Positions 8,069 through 13,611 of a DNA stretch of 13,611 nucleotides are shown here, piece by piece; position 1 is the first letter of the stretch, and every line of letters begins with the position of its first letter. The stretch is taken from assembly GCA_027251445.1 (NCBI GenBank), contig JAPNQO010000018.1:1-13611 (forward strand). Direction: 5' to 3'. The notes below the pieces were generated by a model. That model saw nothing but the letters and a program-made list of their open reading frames with translations, was not told where the DNA came from and did no database searches. The position numbers were made by a program, and so were the translations under genes. Source of the DNA: Fidelibacterota bacterium. GTDB lineage: Bacteria; Fidelibacterota; Marinisomatia; Marinisomatales; TCS55.

Positions 8069-8115
8069 AAATGTGATTTAAATCATTGAATCACATCCTT
8101 TAGTTGATTTATATT
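8069..8115 (+). promoter_or_regulatory. Putative promoter with overlapping CRP/FNR-like operator
   Basis: Inverted repeat ATGTGATT-N10-AATCACAT (8071-8096) containing the perfect palindrome TGATTTAAATCA (8074-8085). Candidate -35 TTGAAT (8086-8091), 18-bp spacer, -10 TATATT (8110-8115). Confidence 0.5.
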
Positions 8116-8202
8116 AGATGGTCGGTAAGTTGCCGATGAGGTAAGGGGTTCGTTTGTCCCGCGACATTGTTGTAGTAAAGTAGTATAACCGAAAGAGGTA
8201 TT

Positions 8203-9003
8203 ATGGTGTTACTTAAACGTGTGCGAGAGGCAGGAATTGCCCCAGTATTTTTAATGCAATGGACATTCTGTCTATTCTTGGTTTTCTGTTTTGTTCCTCA
8301 AGATATTCTGTATGCTCAGGATGATGATGAAGGTGAAATATTTTGGGGAGAAGAAGAGGAAGAAGATGAAGAATTCTTTGATGAAGATGAGGAATTTTTG
8401 GAAGATGATGAGGATTTTGAAGAAGATCCAGACGCGTTTTTCGATGAAGAGGATGAGGATGAGTTTTATGAAGACGAAGGTGAGTTTGAAGAAGAGGAAT
8501 TTGATGAAGAAATGTCCAGCACTGATTTATCTGATGCTGCCCTCAAAATGGGCTATACGCTCACTTTACATGGCGCATCTCCTGCGTTAGTCAGTCATTC
8601 TCTTTATACGTACAATTCATTTGTAAATTTTCGATTGGGGGTTGAAATGCCAATCCTTATGCAAGTGGGCCCTTTACGCTTTCGTTTAGGCGCCGAGCTT
8701 GGAACCGTGAAATTTGAAGACTATTATCCTCCAGCAAATGCTGCTTATTCAGGCATGACATTAATAGGGCTTGTTTCTGTTCCTGCTGGTGCCAGTCAAG
8801 TAAAAGTAGGAGGCGGGTTAATAAGCGGCGGTGTTGGTATGATTGTGGAAAGCACCTATGGATTTACTATTGGGAATACCTTAGGTCTACGACTTGGAAT
8901 GCGTTACACGGGAAGCCCTGGGGCAAAAAACTCTGAAAAGGTATCCTTTGATGGTCCAGCCAGTTGGTTGGAAGGTGTCTTAGTCTTGGCGATTACTCTT
9001 TAA
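8203..9003 (+). CDS. Outer-membrane beta-barrel protein (about 8 strands) with an N-terminal polyacidic tract
   Basis: RBS GAGGT (8195-8199). Signal peptide ends ILYA-QD. Asp/Glu tract covers residues 40-103. About eight amphipathic strands follow (GYTLTLHG, FRLGVEM, FRLGAELG, MTLIGLVSV, VKVGGGL, MIVESTYGF, LGLRLGMRY, WLEGVLVLAITL), the last one at the extreme C-terminus. Confidence 0.7.
   Translation: MVLLKRVREAGIAPVFLMQWTFCLFLVFCFVPQDILYAQDDDEGEIFWGEEEEEDEEFFDEDEEFLEDDEDFEEDPDAFFDEEDEDEFYEDEGEFEEEEFDEEMSSTDLSDAALKMGYTLTLHGASPALVSHSLYTYNSFVNFRLGVEMPILMQVGPLRFRLGAELGTVKFEDYYPPANAAYSGMTLIGLVSVPAGASQVKVGGGLISGGVGMIVESTYGFTIGNTLGLRLGMRYTGSPGAKNSEKVSFDGPASWLEGVLVLAITL
8320..8511 (+). repeat. Low-complexity GAN-codon tract encoding an Asp/Glu-rich segment
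   Basis: 45 of 64 codons encode D or E, with no K or R, interspersed with 12 aromatic residues (hand count). Confidence 0.9.
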
Positions 9004-9028
9004 AATATTTCTGACCCGTATTTACTGT

Positions 9029-12000
9029 ATGAATTATAAACCATTCATTAAATTAATTCGATCTATCACTATAGTGAGTGCGTGGTTACAAATTATTACG
9101 CTTCCCCTCTATGGAGATGTAGCTGCAGTTGTTACAGTAACAGGTTCTCGGGTGATTCCAAATTATTTTAATGGAACTAACACTCTTACAGTTACAGTAA
9201 CTTTTACAGGTGATGAATTAACTACCTATGCAAATGGTTATGTCTTAGTTCACACTGGTTGGGCTGAGAATGGTAGCACTCCAGATAGTGATGCAGCATT
9301 TCCTGGTGTGGATTGGCAAGGGCGAGTAAATGGAAGTGGGGTAGCTACCATAACCAGAACAGCTAATCAGTTACAGACTTATCGTTCAGCAACAAATACT
9401 CCCCATGGCGATCACTTTGATATAAGAATTCAAATCAAAGATTCAGGCTTGAGTAATGTAGCTTGGGTGGATGCTTCTCTGGATAATTCTTATCTTAATG
9501 ATTGGGGCGATGCTGGCACTAATAATTATTTAACTTTTGATGCTGATTCTCCAGGATTTACGACATTAACTGGAAACTTTTATAGTAGTGATTATTTTAA
9601 CTCAACAATTAGTATTAATATCCGTCCTGATGAAGATCTGTACAGTGGATCTACTAATGCATATAAAAGTTATATAAAATTAACAGGCGATGATGGTGGA
9701 AGTGCGGATATTGGTGGGGTACATTATTACCGTATTGGGACTGATGACGGTGATGAATTAGCTTCAGCTGGAGCCATAACAATATCTAACCCAACCTTTA
9801 CAGATGGAGTAACTTCATCTACTGCGTTTGCTTTAGTTGATGGAGCGCGATATGATGTACAAACAGTAGCGTATGATGAAGCGGGTAATACTGCTACGTA
9901 TAATCATAATAATAATTACTATGACACCACAAGACCTACTGTAAGAAAAATTACAACGTCTTTGGGTACAGATGCGGTTACAAAAAAGAAGACTGATGGC
10001 GTTGCTTTTACAATACATTTCAGTGAGTATGTGACAGCAGATCAGGCTGTAAATATAGAATTCGAGACTCAGGGTAATGATGGAACAGATGGGACTGCTT
10101 CTATTGCATCGTGGTCGACAGCTGATACAACTGCAGATGGTTCTTTTACAGTTGGTAATGATGATGCGAGTACTGATTTAAATATTAATTCAATTACGAT
10201 GGCAAGTGGTAATATATCGGATCGAGCAGGCAATACTATGGCATCTGCTGGTTTTAATATACCAGCAAGTAATAATTTAGCTGATTATGCGGCAATTATT
10301 GTTGATGGCGTCATGCCTTATCTAACAAGAATGACTGCAGATCCAAACTCTGGTGCATTATCACTAGATGAAACGACTACGATCACTGCTGAGTTCAATG
10401 AAGTAGTAACATTAACTGGCTCTATTCAATTTGTATTAAGTTCAAATGCTGGTACCACTTTAGAAATTCAGACGGTTGCTGATGGATTGGATGCCAATGA
10501 TAATCCCGTTAGTCAGGGTTCAGCACTTTATACGGTAATTACTGGTGATCTTGAGGCTTCAGATTTAAGTATCAGTTCCATTGGATTTTCATCGGGTGGT
10601 AAAATAACTGATGCTGCCGGAAATGATGTAACATCTATTTCCCAACCTAGTGATCAAGAATTACGAGATAATGCAGCTCTAACTGTTGAGACTGTAGCGC
10701 CAGTCATTGGCTCAATTACAACTACCTATGCAACTGGAGTATATGGTGAGGGAGCAGAAATCCCTGTCACATTAAATTTTCTCAATGGAGCAGCTGGAAG
10801 CGCAGAAGATGTAGCTTTAACAGGTACGGGTACTATTAATATTGCTGTGGGCGGTGTTGCTAATGGAGGAACAGCTACCTTTAGTGCAGCAAGTGATGCA
10901 ACGGTTACAGGTACCTATACGGTAGGAGCAAGCGATACAGAAGGAAATATATCAGTTGAATCTGCTGCTCTGGTTGGCGCGGGAACCCTTACAGATGTAG
11001 CTGGAAATACAGCAGTCCTCACTATGCCTTCATCTATATTTTCTGGAAAAACAATCACAATTGATCGGACCAAACCATTCCTTAATACTATTACGACTAA
11101 TGATTATGCTACAACAGATACGCCAACTCTTAGGATAGGGGATCAGATAGATATTCTTCTGAATTTTGATAATACAGTAAAGCTTGCTAATGGAAATATA
11201 ATTGTTACTTTTAATACTACAAATACTGCAGGTACTGCAACAGTTTCCCCTGCATCTGGCGATCAAACATTAACAGCAACATATACCGTTTCAGAGGGAG
11301 AATCTACAGCTAGATTAGATATTTCCAGTGTAGCGCTGGATCCCGCTGATGCCGATGTTACACTAACAGATAATCCTGCCTATGCAGCAAATAATACTAC
11401 CTTTAAACCAAACAATATTGATGAAGCAAGTGGATTTACGCCAGTTACCGCTTTTACTACAGGTGGATGGAATATCGCTGTAGATGGTGTATATCCATTT
11501 ATTTCTAATATGACGTCCGATACAGATGATTCAACCTACGGTATTGGATCTGTAATTAGTGTAACAGTTAATTTTAATGAAGCAGTTACTTCTAATAACA
11601 CACTAGAACTTCCATTTGGTCTCACTTCAAATATTTCTTTTGCAGCAATTACTTCTGCAGCTACTAGCGTTACAGGAACGTATACAGTCGTAGAAAATGA
11701 TAATGTTGCAGCGCTAGATGTCACAGGAGCAGCTGTTAATAATGGGACAATAATTGATGCTGCATCCAATGAGCTTCAGACTGCCGGCCTTACGCTACCA
11801 GCAAGTTCAAATTTAACCGATGTTCCAAAGGCAATTGTGATTGATGGTGTTCGACCGGCTGCTCCATCAATTAGTTCGGCAACTCCAGCAGGCGGTTCCG
11901 CTTCACTTACAAATGCTAGCGATTATAATAGTTATTACAACTCTACTAATACTGGCATGAATATTACAGTTGATTTTGATAACGCAAATGATGCTTCTAT

Positions 12001-13611
12001 GGAAAATGGTAAAATTCGTATTGAGGGACGAGTAGGAACTTCAAATGGTTGGCAAATTTTAAAAGCAAACTATGAGGTGCAGTCTGGTGATTGGGGGAAT
12101 GCAAGTAGAGAAGCAATAATTAGTATTGTTTCTGATACGGTTGAAAGTTTAACCGATTATGCTCATGGAGGGACAATTTACTTTCGGGCTTATAATATTG
12201 ATGTTGCATCGAATATATCCTCCTCAGCGAGTTCTGTTACCAGCGGTACTACAATTGACCTTCAAGCTCCATCATTGGTAAGTATTACTTCTTCTACCGA
12301 TGATGGAGACTATAAAGAAACTGAAGATATTGTTATTATTGCAAATTTTAATGATGGGGATAATGATACGGATGCAGATGATCAAGTTTCCTTAGTGGAA
12401 AACGCTACCTTGGATTTAACGATGAACGTTGGTTCTGGCGCACAATCAATTACCAGTATATCATCCAGCGCTACAGGAACAGTAACATATACAGTTGGGA
12501 GTGGAGCAGATCATTACAGTCCATCGAAAGTTGCTTTAGTTAGTGTTGCGCTTTCCTCTGCAGATAAGCTTCGAGATAATGCAGGGAATATTGTTGGAAC
12601 CCCTGGGGAAACTGCAATTAGTACAGTGGGTGTTACAAATATGGATGCAGTGGGTGCTCATAGTATTTACGCAGATGGTTTATCTCCTGATGCTCCAACA
12701 ATTACGAGTGTTACTACTGATGTTATACCAGTCGCAAATTACTGGAATGAAGAAAATGCAAATGCGGTATTTCTTACAACACTTGCAAATGATGCTTCCA
12801 TGGTTGATGGTAAAGTATATGTTTTCGCACGTACGGGATCAAATAATTATGCGCAAGTTGGTGATGCGCATGATCCAGTAACTGCAGACGAATCTTCGGG
12901 AACTTCCAATATCTCTATTACGCTTACTGCAGTTCAATTAGCTACCATTACGGGTTGGCCAACGGCATCAGGGGATGTGGGAGATGTAGATTTCAAAATA
13001 CGATCTGAAGATAAAGCTGGAAATACCACAGATACGGAAGATGCCAGTAAAGTTACTATTCATGTAGATGAACTGGATCCAAGCGCTGGGACTATCAGTG
13101 GATTAGAGACCGATGTCACTACTGCAACACATAGTATTGCAGTTCAGGGGTATTGGAATATTTCTACAGATTATCTCAAAGTATCACTAGGAGATATTAG
13201 CGCGAAGGATGATAATATTGTTGGTGGTAACGTTCTTTTGTATGGGAATATAAATAATTTTGGATGGGACACACTTGGAACGGCAGCAAATATCACAGAA
13301 GGAAATAAATCAGACTTTTTTACAGAAGTTAGCGAATTCGGAGATTGGGGTGGAGATCAAGTAGATGGAGCCGCTCCATACGGAGTAAAAGAACTAGAAA
13401 TGAATGGTAATGCCTGGGCGGATATGGATCAGTATGATATCAGTATAAAAGCAGCCGTGACAGATGCTGCAGGAAATATTACAGAATATTTGCATACCAA
13501 TACATTTGCAACTACCGGTAATTCGACTATCTTTATTGATGGAATTAATTCTACAGATCGTCCTACAGTTTCCTCTGCTACTGCTGATAAAGCTGATGGA
13601 TGGTGGGGGCC
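9029..13611 (+). CDS. Giant secreted/surface protein with tandem bacterial Ig-like repeats (adhesin-like), 3'-truncated, at least 1527 aa
   Basis: Manual translation: the first ATG after an in-frame TAG (8981) is at 9029, and the frame stays open to the window end (1527 codons + 2 nt). It begins MNYKPFIKLIRSITIVSAWLQIITLPLYG-DVAAV (Sec-like signal). Thr/Ser/Asp/Ala/Gly-rich with recurring DxAGN motifs (DEAGN, DRAGN, DAAGN, DVAGN, DAASN, DVASN, DNAGN, DKAGN, DAAGN) and '(I/V)DxxxP' linkers. No clear RBS, so the start is less certain than the ORF. Confidence 0.92.
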   Translation, partial: MNYKPFIKLIRSITIVSAWLQIITLPLYGDVAAVVTVTGSRVIPNYFNGTNTLTVTVTFTGDELTTYANGYVLVHTGWAENGSTPDSDAAFPGVDWQGRVNGSGVATITRTANQLQTYRSATNTPHGDHFDIRIQIKDSGLSNVAWVDASLDNSYLNDWGDAGTNNYLTFDADSPGFTTLTGNFYSSDYFNSTISINIRPDEDLYSGSTNAYKSYIKLTGDDGGSADIGGVHYYRIGTDDGDELASAGAITISNPTFTDGVTSSTAFALVDGARYDVQTVAYDEAGNTATYNHNNNYYDTTRPTVRKITTSLGTDAVTKKKTDGVAFTIHFSEYVTADQAVNIEFETQGNDGTDGTASIASWSTADTTADGSFTVGNDDASTDLNINSITMASGNISDRAGNTMASAGFNIPASNNLADYAAIIVDGVMPYLTRMTADPNSGALSLDETTTITAEFNEVVTLTGSIQFVLSSNAGTTLEIQTVADGLDANDNPVSQGSALYTVITGDLEASDLSISSIGFSSGGKITDAAGNDVTSISQPSDQELRDNAALTVETVAPVIGSITTTYATGVYGEGAEIPVTLNFLNGAAGSAEDVALTGTGTINIAVGGVANGGTATFSAASDATVTGTYTVGASDTEGNISVESAALVGAGTLTDVAGNTAVLTMPSSIFSGKTITIDRTKPFLNTITTNDYATTDTPTLRIGDQIDILLNFDNTVKLANGNIIVTFNTTNTAGTATVSPASGDQTLTATYTVSEGESTARLDISSVALDPADADVTLTDNPAYAANNTTFKPNNIDEASGFTPVTAFTTGGWNIAVDGVYPFISNMTSDTDDSTYGIGSVISVTVNFNEAVTSNNTLELPFGLTSNISFAAITSAATSVTGTYTVVENDNVAALDVTGAAVNNGTIIDAASNELQTAGLTLPASSNLTDVPKAIVIDGVRPAAPSISSATPAGGSASLTNASDYNSYYNSTNTGMNITVDFDNANDASMENGKIRIEGRVGTSNGWQILKANYEVQSGDWGNASREAIISIVSDTVESLTDYAHGGTIYFRAYNIDVASNISSSASSVTSGTTIDLQAPSLVSITSSTDDGDYKETEDIVIIANFNDGDNDTDADDQVSLVENATLDLTMNVGSGAQSITSISSSATGTVTYTVGSGADHYSPSKVALVSVALSSADKLRDNAGNIVGTPGETAISTVGVTNMDAVGAHSIYADGLSPDAPTITSVTTDVIPVANYWNEENANAVFLTTLANDASMVDGKVYVFARTGSNNYAQVGDAHDPVTADESSGTSNISITLTAVQLATITGWPTASGDVGDVDFKIRSEDKAGNTTDTEDASKVTIHVDELDPSAGTISGLETDVTTATHSIAVQGYWNISTDYLKVSLGDISAKDDNIVGGNVLLYGNINNFGWDTLGTAANITEGNKSDFFTEVSEFGDWGGDQVDGAAPYGVKELEMNGNAWADMDQYDISIKAAVTDAAGNITEYLHTNTFATTGNSTIFIDGINSTDRPTVSSATADKADGWWG

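Noticed and set aside
8291..8590. 99-aa Met/Lys/Arg-rich ORF that looks like a basic protein
   Set aside because: It is the +1 reading of the GAT/GAA acidic tract (giving ATG/AAG/AGG), so it is a compositional artefact.
8203..9003. Barrel as a TpsB-type two-partner secretion translocator
   Set aside because: Far too short for a 16-stranded Omp85 barrel with POTRA domains, and I see no TPS domain in the giant protein.
9050..9079. AAATTAATTCGATCTATCACTATAGTGAGT: resembles the T7 promoter and contains the 12-bp palindrome TCACTATAGTGA
   Set aside because: The match needs a mismatch and a 3-nt insertion, it lies in frame within the signal-peptide coding sequence, and there is no other vector or phage sequence. 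Most likely coincidence.
9833..12881. ORFs 9833-10018 (-), 11030-11266 (-), 11536-11769 (-) and 12543-12881 (+)
   Set aside because: All are shadows within the giant ORF starting at 9029.
1..13611. CRISPR array, DGR template/variable repeats, IS element, prophage or integron cassette array
   Set aside because: By eye I found no regularly spaced DNA direct repeats, near-identical repeat pairs or attC-like sites, and no reverse transcriptase, integrase, transposase or phage genes. A self dot-plot would be the decisive test.

Overview
AT-rich bacterial chromosomal window. Every supported protein-coding gene is on the + strand, diverging from a tRNA-Leu(CAG) on the - strand at the left edge. Left part (118-8010): NTF2/DUF4440-like secreted protein, SRAP/YedK-family abasic-site protein, two small membrane proteins, a lipoprotein with seven Trp-containing repeats (probable beta-propeller), a secreted TPR protein, an SGNH/GDSL hydrolase, an alpha/beta hydrolase fused to a multi-pass membrane domain, a cold-shock protein with a strong intrinsic terminator, a degenerate PD-(D/E)XK-like protein and a 61-aa aromatic-rich protein. 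Right part (8011-13611): a putative CRP/FNR-like regulated promoter, an outer-membrane beta-barrel protein with an extreme acidic/aromatic N-terminal tract, and a giant Sec-signal surface protein (9029 to beyond the window end, at least 1527 aa). The giant protein is built of at least three kinds of divergent Ig-like repeats and is absent from the supplied ORF track, presumably because it has no stop codon in the window. The envelope genes indicate a diderm organism. The gene style suggests an FCB-group marine lineage such as Marinimicrobia (SAR406), but that is inference only. No integrase, transposase, CRISPR array or phage gene was seen.
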